Assembly (NCBI GenBank): GCA_038087875.1
Contig: CM075995.1
Location: 1,614,001-1,678,000, forward strand
Source: Malacoraja senta
Taxonomy: Eukaryota
Length of the DNA stretch: 64,000 nt
Direction: 5' to 3'
Both the position numbers and the translations under genes were made by a program. The notes beneath the pieces were generated by a model. That model was not told the DNA's origin and did no database searches. It saw only the letters and a program-made list of their open reading frames with translations. The first letter of the stretch is position 1. Every line of letters begins with the position of its first letter. Of this stretch, positions 1-13,670 are shown one piece after another.

Positions 1-473
1 GGTTTCCTCCCGCACTCCAAAGACGTACAGTTTTGCAGGCTGATTGACTTGGTATAATCGTAAATTGTCCCTAGTGTGTGTAGGATAGTCATAAGGTCAT
101 AAGGTCCTAAGTGATAGGGGCAGAATCAGGCCATTCGGCCCATCAAGCTTACTCCGCCATTCAATCATGGCTGATCTATCTCCCTCTCCTAACCCCATTC
201 CCCTGCCTTCTCCCCATAACCTCTGACACCTGTACTAATCAAGAATCTATCTATCTCTGCCTTAAAAATATATCTATTCTCTGCCGATCGCTGGTCGGCA
301 CGGACTCGGTGGGCCGAAGGGCCTGTTTCCGCACTGTATCTCTAAACTAAACTAAACTAATCCTGAAAGGGATAACAGGCTTAATTATAACAAACATTCA
401 TGACATATACACCAGTTAGCGATGGCAGTTCAACTTACGGGCTCTAGCGTAGGTGGCACAGTTAATGCTAAGA

Positions 474-785
474 GGCGCAGCGGTAGAGTTGCTGCCTTAC
501 AGCGCCAGAGACCCGGGTTCGATCCTGACCACGGGTGCTTGTCTGTACCGAGTTTGTACCTTCTCCCCGTGACCTGCGTGGGTTTTCTCCGGGATCTTCG
601 GTTTCCTCCCGCACTCCAAAGACGTCCAGGTTTGTAGGCTAATTGGCTTGGGTTTGCATACTTGGTACGAGTGTAAATTGTCCCTGGTGCGCGTAGGCTT
701 GAGTTAGTGTGCGGGGATCGCTGGTCGGCGCGGACTCGGTGGGCAGAAGGGCCTGTTTCCGCGCCGCATCTCTAAAACAAAACTC
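474..785 (+). mobile_element. HE1-type tRNA-derived V-SINE (representative copy; more than 20 copies or fragments in the window)
   Basis: tRNA-like head (GGCGCAGCGG A-box, GGTTCGATCC B-box), conserved V-domain (GGAGTTTGTACGTTCTCCCCGTG...CTCCGGTTTCCTCCCACACTCCAAAGAC) and a 3' tail GGGCCGAAGGGCCTGTTTCC...(TAAAC)n shared with the CR1 3' ends. Other copies (approx.): 1-360, 5035-5345, 10125-10330, 12292-12607, 14115-14290(-), 18439-18690, 19310-19590(-), 20980-21305(-), 21615-21903(-), 33805-34095, 35865-36478(-), 36633-36945, 39560-39853(-), 45170-45495, 51490-51790(-), 57810-58075, 58090-58400(-), 61390-61705(-), 63555-63880(-). Confidence 0.9.
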
Positions 786-1837
786 CAGGGATCTAGGTTC
801 CAGGTTCAATCCTGACCTCCATTGTTGCCTGTGTGGGGCAGACGCATTCTCCCTGTGAATGTTCAAGTTGCCCCCCCCGCTGTTTGTGCTTCCTCCCACA
901 TCCCATCGACATGCTGATCAGCTCATTAGTTACTGCAGACTACCGCTGGTATGTGTGGGTAGTGGTAGAATCGGTGGGAGTTGATGCGCAGGTGAATAGG
1001 TTGATGAGTTCACACGCGATCGGAGCAGAATCAGGCCACTCGGCCCATCGAGTCTACTCCGCCGTTCAATCGTGGCTGATCTATCTCTCCCTCTCAACCC
1101 CATTCTCCTGCCTCCCCCCCGACACCCATACGAATCAAGAATCTATCTATCTCTGCCTTGGACATATCCATTGGCTTGGACTGCAAGGCCATCGGTGGCA
1201 AAGAGTTCCCACAGATTCACCACCCTCTGAGTAACAAAGGTCACTGTGGAATGGGATTTTGGGGAGAAGGCAGGGGAATGGGGTTGAGAGGGGGAGATAG
1301 GTCAGCCATGATTGAATGGCGGAGCAGGCTTGATGGGCCGAATGGCCTAATGCTGCCCCTATCACTTATGCACATGAACTTATGAATGTGTGCGTTAAAA
1401 GTCGCACCAAATGCATTGTAGGTCTAAAGTCTCCAGTGGGGTAGAGATGAATCGGACCGTAGCCGAGGTTATGGAGAATCCTGATAACAGAGGGGAAGTA
1501 GCTGTTCCTGAGCCTGCGCTGCCCTCTTCCAAGCTTCTGTATCTTCTGCTGGATGACACTGGGGCGGGACACGTCTTTGATCATAATGGAAGACAGAGAG
1601 ACACCTCAACTTGGACTTTGTCTTCTGGTCTAGATGATATCACAATAAAAAGAAAGGATATGAGGGTGGGGTAATGAGTCAGGAGGATGAGGGGTGATCG
1701 TATAGAGGTGTATGACATCATGAGAGGAATAGATCGGGTAGATGCACAGAGTCTCTTGCCCAGAGCAGGGGGATTGAGGACCAGAGGGCATAGGTTTAAG
1801 GTGAGGGGAAAAAGATTTAATAGGAAACTGAGGCTGA

Positions 1838-2295
<458 letters not shown>

Positions 2296-3174
2296 TAACT
2301 TTTTCACACAGAGGCCGGTGGGTGTATGGAACAAGCTGCCAGAGGAGGTAATTGAGGCTGGTACCTATCCCCCGTTTAAGAAACAGTTAGACATGGATAG
2401 GACAGGTTTGGAGGGATATGGGCCAAACGCAGGCAGGTGGGACTAGTGTAGCTGGGACATGTTGGCCGGTGTGGGCAAGTTGGACCGAAGGGCCTGTTTC
2501 CATGCTGGACCACTCTATGATATTAATACATCTGAGCCATTGCATTACTGGAGAGCCTTGAAGCCTACATTAAGGCTGGCGCTGAGACCAAAATGGATCG
2601 AACCTGGGTCTCTGTTCCAGGATACCCGGAACCTGTTCCAAAATCAGTTGTAACCTCACCGCCAGATCTAGCTGCAAATTAGTATTAGGAGTTAACCACA
2701 GACTAGTTGCTCAGGAAACAGTGGGGCAGCTCACACAGCAAGCTGACGGTCTGTTCAGGGAACACCGACCACGCCTTTTGTAGTCGACACACTGGCTTTG
2801 GGAAGTTTTATTGGAAGGCAGAAGGGAAGTTAATGTCAGTGGTCTGTGGCAGCAGCTGTTCCACGGGACCCAAGCCTCTCGATCTGACCTTGCATTGAAT
2901 TTGGTATTTCATTTAAACCCCGACTTCAATGAGTTGATTATCTTTTCCTAATCTCTTTCAAGTTCCACTATGTCTTTATGATTAACCTGTGCACTGCAGA
3001 CTATACACCACTGGGCTGAGTTGCCTGTTCACTGTGGCTAAAAACCATTCCCCTCCAGACACCATTTATATGTTACCGTACCTTGACCTTTCATTTGTAG
3101 CAGGCTCCTGTTTTGCATTTGTGAGCAGTGCCTGTGTCTGAAAAGACCATCATGGTCGTTTTTGAAGCCTTTCA

Positions 3175-4920
3175 TCAAGTCAAGTCAAGTGAGTGTATTG
3201 TCATGTGTCCCTGGTAGGACAATGAAATTCTTGCTTTGCTTGAGCACAACAGAACATAGTAGGCATTTACTACAAGGCATTCTATAAATATATACACAAT
3301 GGTCAATATACTGATAAAGTGCAAATAACAGTATTGGCTAGTAAAGTTCAGTGTTATGTCCGAGCCAGGTTTAATAGCCTGATGGCTGTGGGGAAGTAGC
3401 TGTTCCTGAACCTGGTCGTTGCAGTCTTCAGGCTCCTGTACCTTCTACCTGAAGGTAGTAGGGAGATGAGTGTGTGGGCAGGATGGTGTGGGTCCTTGAT
3501 GATGCTGCCAGCCTTTTTGAGGCAGCGACTGTGGTAGATCCCCTCGATGGAAGGGAGGTCAGAGCCGATGATGGACTGGGCAGTGTTTACTACTTTTTGT
3601 AGTCTTTTCCTCTCCAGGGCACTCAAGTTGCCGAACCAAGCCACGATGCAACCAGTCAGCATGCTCTCTACTGTGCACCTGTAGAAGTTAGAGAGAGTCC
3701 TCCTTGACAAACCGACTCTCCGTAATCTTCTCAGGAAGTAGAGGCGCTGATGTGCTTTCTTAATAATGGCATCATTGTTCTCGGACCAGGAAAGATCTTC
3801 AGAGATGTGCACGCCAAGGAATTTGAAGCTCTTGACCCTTTCAACCATCGACCCGTTGATATAAACGGGACTGTGGGTCCCCATCCTACTCCTGCCAAAG
3901 TCCACAATCAGTTCCTTGGTTTTGCTGGTGTTGAGGGCCAGGTTGTTGTGCTGGCACCATATGGACAGTCGCTCAATCTCTCTTCTATACTCTGACTCAT
4001 CCCCATCAGTGATACGTCCCACAACAGTGGTGTCATCAGCGAACTTGATGATGGAGCTCGCACTATGTCCGGCTACGCAGTCATGAGTATAGAGTGAGTA
4101 CAGCAGGGGGCTGAGCACGCAGCCTTGAGGTGCTCCCGTGCTGATTGTTATCGAGTCTGACACATTTCCACCAATACGAACAGACTGTGGTCTGAGAATG
4201 AGGAAGTCGAGGATCCAATTGCAGAGGGATGCGCAGAGACCCAGTTCTGCGAGTTTGGTAACCAGCTTGGAGGGGATGATTGTGTTAAATGCCGAGCTGT
4301 AATCGATGAATAACAGCCTGACATATGAGTTTTTGTTGTCCAAGTGGTCCAGAGCGGAGTGGAGGGCCAGCGAGGTCGCATCCACCATTGACCAGTTGTG
4401 GCGGTAAGCGAACTGCAGTGGGTCCAGGTTTTTGTCGAGGTAGGAGTTGATCTGCGTCATGATCAACCTCTCAAAGCACTTCATCACCACAGGCTTTAGT
4501 GCCACAGGTCGATAGTCATTGAGGCACGTTACCTTACTCTTCTTGGGCACTGGTATAATTGATGCCCTTTTGAAGCAGGTGGGGACCTCAGACCTCAGAA
4601 GTGAGAGGTTGAAAATGTCTGTAAAAACTCCAGCCAGTTGGTCCGCACAGGTTTTTAGAACGCGACCAGGTATACCATCAGGTCCAGGCGCTTTTCGAGG
4701 GTTCACCCCTCTGAAGGATTTCCTGACGTCGGCCTCTGTGACTGAGACTGAAATACCATCACAGCGAATGGGAGCTCGGCAAGGCACATCGGTGTTCTCC
4801 CTATCAAAGCGTGCGTAAAACGCATTGAGCTCATCAGGGAGTGATGTTTCGCCGACATTCGAGCTGCCTCCTGATTTCGCCTTGTAAGAGGTGATTGCAT
4901 TCAGGCCCTGCCACAGCCGC
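3175..4920 (-). mobile_element. Rex1/Babar non-LTR retrotransposon, 5'-truncated, RT frame open to its stop at 3354
   Basis: ORF motifs KAPGPDGIP, NDYRPVAL, LFIDYSSAFNTI, GAPQGCVLSPLLYSLYT, KFADD, FKFLG and C-terminal LPSGRRYRS...RFRNSYFP. The 3' end is ATGACAAT... followed by a (CTTGA)n tail. Confidence 0.93.
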
Positions 4921-6049
4921 CGGCACTGGGCCTGTACTCGCTGGAGTTTAGAAGGACCAAGAGGGGACCTCATTGAAACGTACCGAATAGTGAAAGGCCT
5001 GGATATAGTGCATGTGGAGAGGAGGTTTCCCCTAGGGTGGCACGGTGGCGCAGCGGTAGAGTTGCTGCCTTGCAGCGCCTGCAGCACCGGAGACCCCGGT
5101 TCGATCCTGACTACGGGTGCTGTCTGTACAGAGTTTGTACGTTCTCCCCGTGACCCCGAGATCTTCGGTTTCCCCCCACACTCCAAAGACGTACAGGTAT
5201 GTAGGTTAGTTGGCTTGGTGTATGTGTAAATTGTCCCTAGTGTGCGTCGGATGATGTTAATGCGCGGGGATCGCTGGTCGGTGCAGACTCGGTGGGCCGA
5301 AGGGCCTGTTTCCGCGCTGTATCTCTAAACTAAACCAAACTAATCTAGAGGGAGAGTCTAGAATTAAAGGACGTTTCTTAAGGAAGGAGATGAGGAGGAA
5401 TTTCTTTTGCCAGAGGGTGGTGAATCTGTGGAATTAATTGCCACAGAAGGCTGTGGAGGCCAAGTCACTGGATATTTTTAAGGCAGCGATAGATAGATTC
5501 TTGATTAGTACGGAATTCTGGGGAGAAGGCCGGAGAATGGGGTTGAGAGGGAGAGACAGATCAGCCATGATTGAATGGCAGAGTAGACATGATGGGCCGA
5601 ATGGCCTAATTCTGCTCCTATCACATATGCACATGAACTTATGAATGTGTGCGTTAAAAGTTCCACCAAATGGTAGGTGTATTGGAGGAGTTTACTGCTG
5701 AAAGGATCAAGCTGAACCCTATTAGTACATTTTTCTTACATTGGAAACAACAGTGAGCTGACGTTAGGATATTGGAGAGGGTATGTGGCGGTGTTCCCAA
5801 CTCTGAAAGCCCCACTCCTGAAAAATTGGCACAAATTCTTTGCAGTACCAAATGGATCTCAGGACAGCGACCTCCGTCAACGTCAGCAAGGTGAAGGAGG
5901 TGTGGTGGAATACATTAGGTATCAATGGTGCTGAAGATAGATCTAAAGTGCTGTTTCAGTATCTCAGCGGGTCAGGCAGTGTCTCTGGAAAAAAAAGGGA
6001 TGGGTGAGGTTTTGGGTCAGGACCCTTTAGAGAAGGACCCAGTAGTCGA

Positions 6050-6615
6050 TGAGACCGCATTTAGAATATTGTGTTCAGTTCTGGGCACCATGTTATAGGA
6101 AAGATATTGTCAAGCTTGAAGCGTCAAGTTCAGAAAAGATTTACGAGGATGTTGCCAGGACTAGAGGGTGTGAGCTACAGGGAGAGGTTGAGTAGCCTGG
6201 GTCTCTATTCCATGGAGCGCAGGAGGATGAGGGGTCATCCTATAGAGGTGTACAAAATCATGAGAGGAATAGATCGGGTAGATGCACAGAGTCTCTTGCA
6301 TAGAGTAGGGGAATCGAGGACCAGAGGACATAGGTTCAAGGTGAAGGGGAAAAGGTTTAATAGGAATCCAAGGGGTAACTTTTTCACCCAAAGGGTGGTG
6401 GGTGTATGGAACAAGCTGCCAGAGGAGGCAGTTGAGGCTGGGACTATCCCAACGTTTAAGAAACAGTTAGACAGGTACATGGATAGAACAGGTTTGGAGG
6501 GATATGGACCAAACGCAGGCAAAGTGGGACTAGTGTAGCTTGGGACATTATTGGCCGTTGTGGGCAAGTTGGGCCGAAGGGCCTGTTTCCACACTCTTTC
6601 ACTATGACTCTATGA
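6050..6615 (+). mobile_element. CR1 (HER1-like) LINE 3' fragment
   Basis: CR1 ORF2 C-terminus (VQKRFTRMLPGL...SRTRGHRFK...FFTQRVVGVWNKLP) with a 3' tail shared with the HE1 SINE. Confidence 0.9.
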
Positions 6616-7596
6616 CCCGAAACATCACTGATGGTTTTTCTCCAGAGATGCTGTCTGGCCCGCTGTGTTACTCCAGCATTTTGTGCCTATCTTTGGTATA
6701 AACCAGAAGGTTCGACCAGCTCCGACCCAGGGTCCGATCACCCGGCGCGGGGGAGCTGAGATCCCCCCCGATGTGCGAGCTTGATCGCCCCAATGCAAAG
6801 GGCCCGACTACCGGCTGCGGGAGCCAAGATCGCCCCCGTCAACGGAAGGTTCGAGGAAGAACAAATCAGGGAAGAAGATTGATCTTTTTTTGCCTTCCAT
6901 CACAGTGAGGAACGTGGGAGAGTCGCTGTGGTGGATGTTCATGTTTAAAAAATTATCGGTATGGTATCAGTTATCGGTACGACGGTACGGCAAATCGAAT
7001 CCCTCGTAGATTGCAAAACATACTTGGCTGATAAAGCACTTTTATGATTATGATTGTTCTCCCTGCTCCCATCAGGCACAAGACACTCAAGCCTGAAAGC
7101 ACATACCACCAGACTCAGAGGCAACACCTCTTCCCAGCTGTTCATGTTCGCGTTAACGGAATAGAATTAGGCCATTCGGCCCATCAAGTCTACGTCGCCA
7201 TTCAATCATGGCTGATCTCTGCCTCCTAATCCCATTTTCCCGCCTTCTCCCCGTAACCCTTCACACCCGTTCGAATCAAGAATTTGTCTATCTCTGCCTT
7301 AAAAATATCCACCGACCTGGCCTCCACAGCCCTCAGTGGCAATGAGTTCCACAGATTAACTTCCCTCTGACTCAACAAGTTGCTCCTCACCGCCTTTCTA
7401 AAAGAGCGCCCTTTATTCCGGAGGCTGTAACCTCCGGTCCTGGACTCTCCCACCAGTGGAAACATCCTTTCCACACTCACCCTATCTATGCCTTTCATTA
7501 TTCTGTATGTTTCAATGAGGTCCCCCCTCAACCTTCTAAACTCCAGCGAGTACAGGCCCAGTGCTGTCAAACGCTCATCAGAGCTGGTGGGGGTGG

Positions 7597-9671
7597 GGAG
7601 AGAGGAACAATTCCAAGACTGTTTGGAGTCTGTAGACTGGGCAATGTTCAGGGACTCGGCAACGGACCGGAATGAATACGCCACAGTCGTTATAGACTTC
7701 ATAAAGAAATGTGTGGAGGACTGCGTCCCAACAAAAACCTTCCGAGTGTTTCCTAACCAGAAGCCTTGGATGAACCATGAGATCCGCACTCTTCTGAAGT
7801 CCAGATCCCGGGCATTCAGATCTGGAGATACAGAGGTCTACAACAAGTCCAGTTACGACCTTGGTAAGGCCATCAAAAAGGCCAAAAGGGACTTCTGCTC
7901 CAAGCTGGAGGATGAGACAGATGTTCGGCAGCTGTGGCGGGGCTTGAATGCCATCACCTCCTACAAGGCAAAATCAGGAAGCAGCTCCATTGTCAGCGAA
8001 GCATCACTCCCTGACGATCTCAATGCGTTTTACGCACGCTTTGATAGGGAGAACACTGATGTGCCTTCCCGAGCCCCCATTCGCTGTGATGGTATTTCAG
8101 TCACAGTCACAGAGGCCGACGTCAGAAGATCCTTCAGATGTGTGAACCCTCGAAAAGCACCTGGACCTGATGGTATACCCGGGCGTGTTCTAAAAACCTG
8201 TGCGGACCAACTGGCTGGAGTTTTTACGGACATTTTCAACCTCTCACTTCTGAGGTCTGAGGTTCCCACCTGCTTCAAAAGGGCATCAATTATACCAGTG
8301 CCCAAGAAGAGCAAGGTGACGTGCCTCAATGACTATCGAGCAGTGGCACTAAAGTCTGTGCTGATGAAGTGCTTTGAGAGGTTGATTATGGTGCACATCA
8401 ACTCCTACCTCGACAAGAACCTGGACCCACTGCAGTTCGCTTACCGCCACAACAGATCAACGGTGGATGCGATCTCGCTGGCTCTCCACTCCGCTCTGGA
8501 CCACTTGGACAACAGAAACTCATATGTCAGGCTGTTATTCATTGACTACAGCTCGGCATTTAACACAATCATCCCCTCCAAGCTGGTTACCAAACTCGCA
8601 GAACTGGGTCTCTGCGCATCCCTCTGCAATTGGATCCTCGACTTCCTCATTCTCAGACCACAGTCTGTTCGTATTGGTGGACATGTGTCAGACTCGATAA
8701 CAATCAGCACGGGAGCACCTCAAGGCTGCGTGCTCAGCCCTCTGCTGTACTCACTCTATACTCATGACTGCTTAGCCGGTCATAGTGCGAACTCGATCAT
8801 CAAGTTCGCTGACGACACCACTGTTGTGGGACGTATCACTGATGGGGACGAGTCAGAGTATAGAAGGGAGATCGACCGATTGACCAAATGGTGCCAGCAC
8901 AATAACCTGGCTCAACACCAGCAAAACCAATTGTGGACTTTGGAAAGGGTAGGATAGGGACCTACAATCCCTTTTATATCAACGGGATGATGGTGGAAAG
9001 GGTCAAGAACTTCAAATTCCTGGGCGTGCATATTTCCGAAGATCTTTCCTGGTCCCAGCACACTGATGCAATTATTAAGAAAGCACATCAGCGCCTCTAC
9101 TTCCTGAGAAGATTACGGAGAGTCGGTATGTCTAAGAGGACTCTCTCAAACTTCTACAGGTGCACAGTAGAGAGCAGGCTGACCGGTTGCATCGTGGCTT
9201 GGTTCGGCAACTTGAGCGTCCAAGAGCGGAAAAGAATGCAGAAAGTTGTGACGACTGCCCAGTCCATCATCGGCTCTGACCTCCCCACCATCGAGGGGAT
9301 CTATCGCAGTCGCTGCCTCATAAAGGCTGCCAACATCATCAAGGACCCACACCATCCTGGCCACACGCTCATCTCTCCGCTGCCATCAGGTAGAAGGTAC
9401 AGGAGCCTGAAATCTGGTACATCCAGGTTCAGGAATAGCTACTTCCCCACAGCCATCAGGCTATTAAACTCGCCATCAAACAAACTCTGAACTATAACAG
9501 CCTATTGCACTTTATCTGTTTATTTATGTGTGTATATATATGGTCTATGCTATATAGACACACTGATCTGTTCTGTATTTATGCTTACAATACTCTGTTG
9601 TGCTGCAGCAAAGCAAGAATTTCATTGTCTTATATGGGACACATGACAATAAACTCTCTAGACTTGACTTG
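7597..9671 (+). mobile_element. Rex1/Babar non-LTR retrotransposon, 5'-truncated, frameshifted near 8910-8935
   Basis: ORFs 7488-8957 and 8933-9490 carry the same RT motifs as the copy at 3175-4920. The 3' end is ATGACAATAAA followed by a (CTTGA)n tail. Confidence 0.93.
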
Positions 9672-9781
9672 TTTACCCACTTATTCCTTTTATCAGACCT
9701 CGGAAAGGTCCTTCCATGAGATAGTGTACAGTCCCAATTCTCTGGTGTACATAGTTTGTATTTTCTGCTGAGAACTATATT

Positions 9782-10091
9782 AGGGCCTGCCCCGCTTTCC
9801 CGAGTTACTCACGAATTCTCCCGAGTTTTCCCCTTGATTCAATCTCGGAGAATTACGGTAATAGCCAGCCGTAGGTACTCGGGGCTATTTTCTTTACTCC
9901 TGGACACTTTTCAACATGCTGAAAAAAACGTCCCGACTTACCTGATGCCCCGAGTACCTACGGCTGGCATGATGAGCCGCTACGAAATATCTAGGGACGC
10001 CCGCGGACTGGCTACGGACATTCTCTGAGTTTGAATCAAGGGGAAAACCCGGGAGAATTCGTCAGTAACTCGGGAAAGTGGGACAGGGGCT
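9782..10091. mobile_element. PIF/Harbinger-type MITE
   Basis: TIRs GGGCCTGCCCCGCTTTCCCGAGTTAC...GTAACTCGGGAAAGTGGGACAGGGGC, TTA on both flanks and a long internal palindromic organisation. Confidence 0.8.
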
Positions 10092-11269
10092 TATTTTGTA
10101 CCTTTGCGTCTATATTGCGCACTTTGTGTCTGTACGGAGTTTGCACGTTCCCCCTCAAACCTGCGTGGGTTTTCTTCGGGAGCTCGGCCAGTTGGTTAAC
10201 TGGCTGGGTACAACTATAAATCGTCCCTAGTGTGTGTCGGACGGTGTTAATGAGCGGGTGGTCGCTGTGTTGGCGCCGACTCGATGGGCCGAAGGGCCCG
10301 TTTCCGCGCTGGGTCTCTAAATTAAAACTGAAAAGACGGAAACCGATTAAGAATTCTCAGGGGATTAAGGCAGGGCTATCCTGTTTAAAATAAATGAGCC
10401 AACACTTTGTAACTATAATGGCAATCAGAAGATCTGAGCAATTAAAGCCAAAATCGTCAAGCAATTTTAAGAAGGCAGATCAAAGCCATCGTAAAACCAC
10501 CGGTACACATCTGCACTATTGATAAGTAGTGTACTTATGGGTTTAGATTGATGCACTGATTGTTCTCCTTGCCCCAACACGTCTCGGCATGTACGTTTCT
10601 GCTCCGCACTTATTAATCCTTACCTGAAAGGCTTAAGCAGAGAATTACGTGGGTCATTTTACCCCAGATCAACCCTTCCTTTCAGAGAGCCTTTCAATAG
10701 CCACGGTGGGTAGTTACTGAGGACATTGGCCGTTTAGTTCCCGGTGAGCCTACAGTATTGAGTGCAACAGTGGAAATTCATCTTTCCCCTTTGATGTGGT
10801 TTTCTGCGGGTTCCTTTCATCATCACAAAAGGCCAAATGAAACCTCAAGAGTGAAGGCACTGTAAAGGACAATAGGCTTGAGCTTTGACGGTGCTGGGCC
10901 TCTGCTCGCTGGAGTTTAGAAGGAATGGGAGGGGGGGATCCTCATTGAAACTTACCGAATAGTGAAAGGCCTGGATAGAGTGGATGTGGTGAGGATGTTT
11001 CCACTTGTGGGAGATTCTGAGACCAGAGATGCTAGACTCTCCCACTCGTAGACTCTGGAGCTTGGCAACAGGACCTTTGGCCCATCGGGTCTATGCCGAC
11101 CATCAGAGGGTGGTGAATCTGTGGAATCCTTTGCCACAGAAGACCGTGGAGGCCGTCAGTGGATATTGTTAAGGCAGAGATAGATGGATTCTTGATTAGT
11201 GTTGATGCCAGGGGTTATGGGGAGAAGGCAGGAGAATGGGGTTAGGAGGGAGAGATAGATCAGCCATTA

Positions 11270-11800
11270 GACAATAGACAATAGACAATAGACAATACAC
11301 AATAGACAATAGGTGCAGGAGTAGGCCATTTGGCCCTTCGAGCCAGACTGCCATTCAATGTGATCATGGCTGATCATCCACAATCAGTACCCCGTTCTTG
11401 CCTTCTCCCCATATCCCCTGACTCCGCTATCTTTAAGAGCCCTATCTAGCTCTCTCTTGAAAGTATCCAGAGAACCGGCCTCCACCGCCCTCCGAGCCAG
11501 AGAATTCCACAGACTCACAACTCTCTGTGTGAAAAGGTGTTTCCTCATCTCCGTTTTAAATGGCTTACCCCTTATTCTTAAACTGTGGCCCCTGGTTCTG
11601 GACTCCCCCAACATCGGGAACATGTTTCCTGCCTCTAGCGTGTCCAAACCCTTTATAATCTTATATGTTTCAATAAGTTCCCTCTGATCCTTCTAAATTC
11701 CAGAGTATACAAGCCCAGCCGCTCCATTCTCTCAGCATATGTCAGTCCCGCCATCTCGGGAATTAACCTTGTAAACCTACACTGCACTCCCTCAATAGCA
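11270..11800 (-). mobile_element. CR1 LINE 3' fragment with (CTATTGT)n tail
   Basis: ORF 11384-11647 is the CR1 C-terminus (ESRTRGHSLRI...QRVVSLWNSL). (ACAATAG)n appears on the + strand. Confidence 0.9.
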
Positions 11801-12729
11801 AGAATTATTGAATGGCGGAATAGACTTGATGGGACGAATGGCCCAATTCTGTTCCTATTACATGATCCCTTCATCATATGATCTTGTGCCTATCCACACT
11901 GATCCCACTTCCCTGCATTACTTCAATGTCCATCTCTGACCTGGTCATTCAAGTATCTGTCAGAGTCATAGAGTCATTGAATCATTCAGCATGGAAACAA
12001 CGGCCAACTTGCCCACATTGGTTAAAGTGCCCCATCTACACTCGTGCCACCTGCCCGCGATTGGCCCATATCCCTCTAAACCTGTCCGATCCATGTACCT
12101 GTCCAAATGCTTCTCAAACGTTGCGATAGTCCCTGCCTCAACTACCTCCTCTGGCAGCTCATTTCAGTAGCCAACCATTCTTTGTGTGCAGAGCTGTCCC
12201 TCATATCGCCTTTGAACCTCGCTCTCACCTTGAACCCATGGCCTCTAGTGTTAGACACCCCTATCATGGCAAACAGGTTCTAGCTAATTACGGGTGGCAC
12301 GGTGGCGCAGCGGTAGAGCTGCTGCCTTACAGAACCAGAGACTCCAGGTTCGATCCTGACTACGGGTCGCTGTCTGCACGGAGTTTGTACGTTCTCCCCG
12401 TGACCTGCGTGGGTTTTAACCGGGAGCTCCGGTTTCCTCCCCGGTCTCCAAAGACGTACAGGTTTGTAGCTTAAATGGCTTCTCTAAAAGTGTAAATTGT
12501 CACTGGCGAGTGTCGGGCGGGGTTAGTGTGGGGGAATCACTGGTTGGTACGGACTCCGTGGGCCGAAGGGCCTGTGTCCGCGTTTTATCATCAAACTAAA
12601 CTAAACCAATGCACTATCTTTGCTTCTTATAAATTCATCTTGTCACTTCTCAACCTCCTTTTTTTCACGGGAAAACAGACCCAGCCTCTCCAATCACTCC
12701 CCATAACTCAAGCCCTCAAAATCCCACGG

Positions 12730-13410
12730 GAAAGAGAGGCAGAGAGTGAGAGAACAGAGAGTCAGTCCGACAGAGAGTGAAAGATGAGAGAGACGGGCAG
12801 AAAAGACAGACAAACCCTAGACGGACGGACAGACAGACAGACGGACAGAGGAAAAGAAAGAAAGATTTAAAAAAACAGAGAGACAAATCAACAGAAAGAA
12901 AGAGTTTCAGAAAAAGAGAGAGTGGGAGAGAGGGAGAGAGAGAGGGGGAGAGGGAGAGGGGGGGAGAGGGAGGTAGAGGGGGAGAGGGGGAGAGGGGGAG
13001 AGGGGGAGAGGGGGGAGAGGGAGAGAGAGGGGGAGAGGGAGAGGGAGAGAGGGAGAAGGAGAGATGGAGAGGGGAGAGAGAAAGAGAGAGAGCGAGGGAG
13101 AGGGAGAGGGAGAAGGAGAGGGAGAGGGAAGAGGGAGAGAGAGAGGGAGAGAAAGGGAGAGGGGGAGAGAGAGAGAGAGGGGGATGGAGAGAGAAAGAGG
13201 GAGAGAGGGGGAGAGGGAAGAGAGGGAGAGGGAGAGGGAGAGAAAGGGAGAGGGGGAGAGAGGGAGAGGGAGAGAGAGAAAGAACGGGAGAAGGTTGAGA
13301 AAGACAGGAGAGACATAACAAGAAACAGAGACAGAGAGGCAGGCAGTCAGGCAGAGACAAATGACAAAGGGAGAAATGAAGGGGGAGATATTGAAACAGA
13401 GTGTGGGAGA
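12730..13410. repeat. Long GA-rich low-complexity (polypurine) tract
   Basis: About 400 bp of almost pure G/A at 12920-13290 with purine-rich flanks. It accounts for the spurious GE/RE and SL/SP ORFs. Confidence 0.95.
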
Positions 13411-13559
13411 TAAAATACTTTATAATGTAGCATCAATTATGTGTAGAAACCAGATGAAGGGTTAAAATTTCCAGAACAGCCAGAGAACGACACTGCTCTG
13501 TTTAAAATAGCACAATTGTCAGGACTGACTAATTAAATGCCCAGCGTCTCCTTATGAAA

Positions 13560-13670
13560 AGTCACCCCCTGAGCTTCATGTAGTACTTCATCAGTAATGA
13601 CAAGACACTCTAAACTGCGTGCTCAAGTCCCCAGAGCAGGTTTGAACCTTCCACCTGCTTCCTCAGGGGG
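13560..13670 (-). mobile_element. Degenerate ancient DeuSINE/SacSINE-like head fragment
   Basis: GTGCTCAAGTCCCCAGAGCAGGTTTGAACC resembles, from recall, the reverse complement of shark DeuSINE B-box/head regions. Highly diverged. Confidence 0.35.

Noticed and set aside
474..545. tRNA genes
   Set aside because: The A/B-box sequences are SINE heads that continue into the V-domain. No complete cloverleaf is present.
4921..5186. N-terminal ~90 aa of the 610-aa ORF (3354-5186) as a novel RT fusion domain
   Set aside because: It is antisense read-through of an HE1 SINE and a CR1 fragment abutting a 5'-truncated Rex1. The same applies to the start of ORF 7488-8957.
12716..13413. Long SL/SP- and GE/RE-rich ORFs
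   Set aside because: Translations of a GA low-complexity tract.
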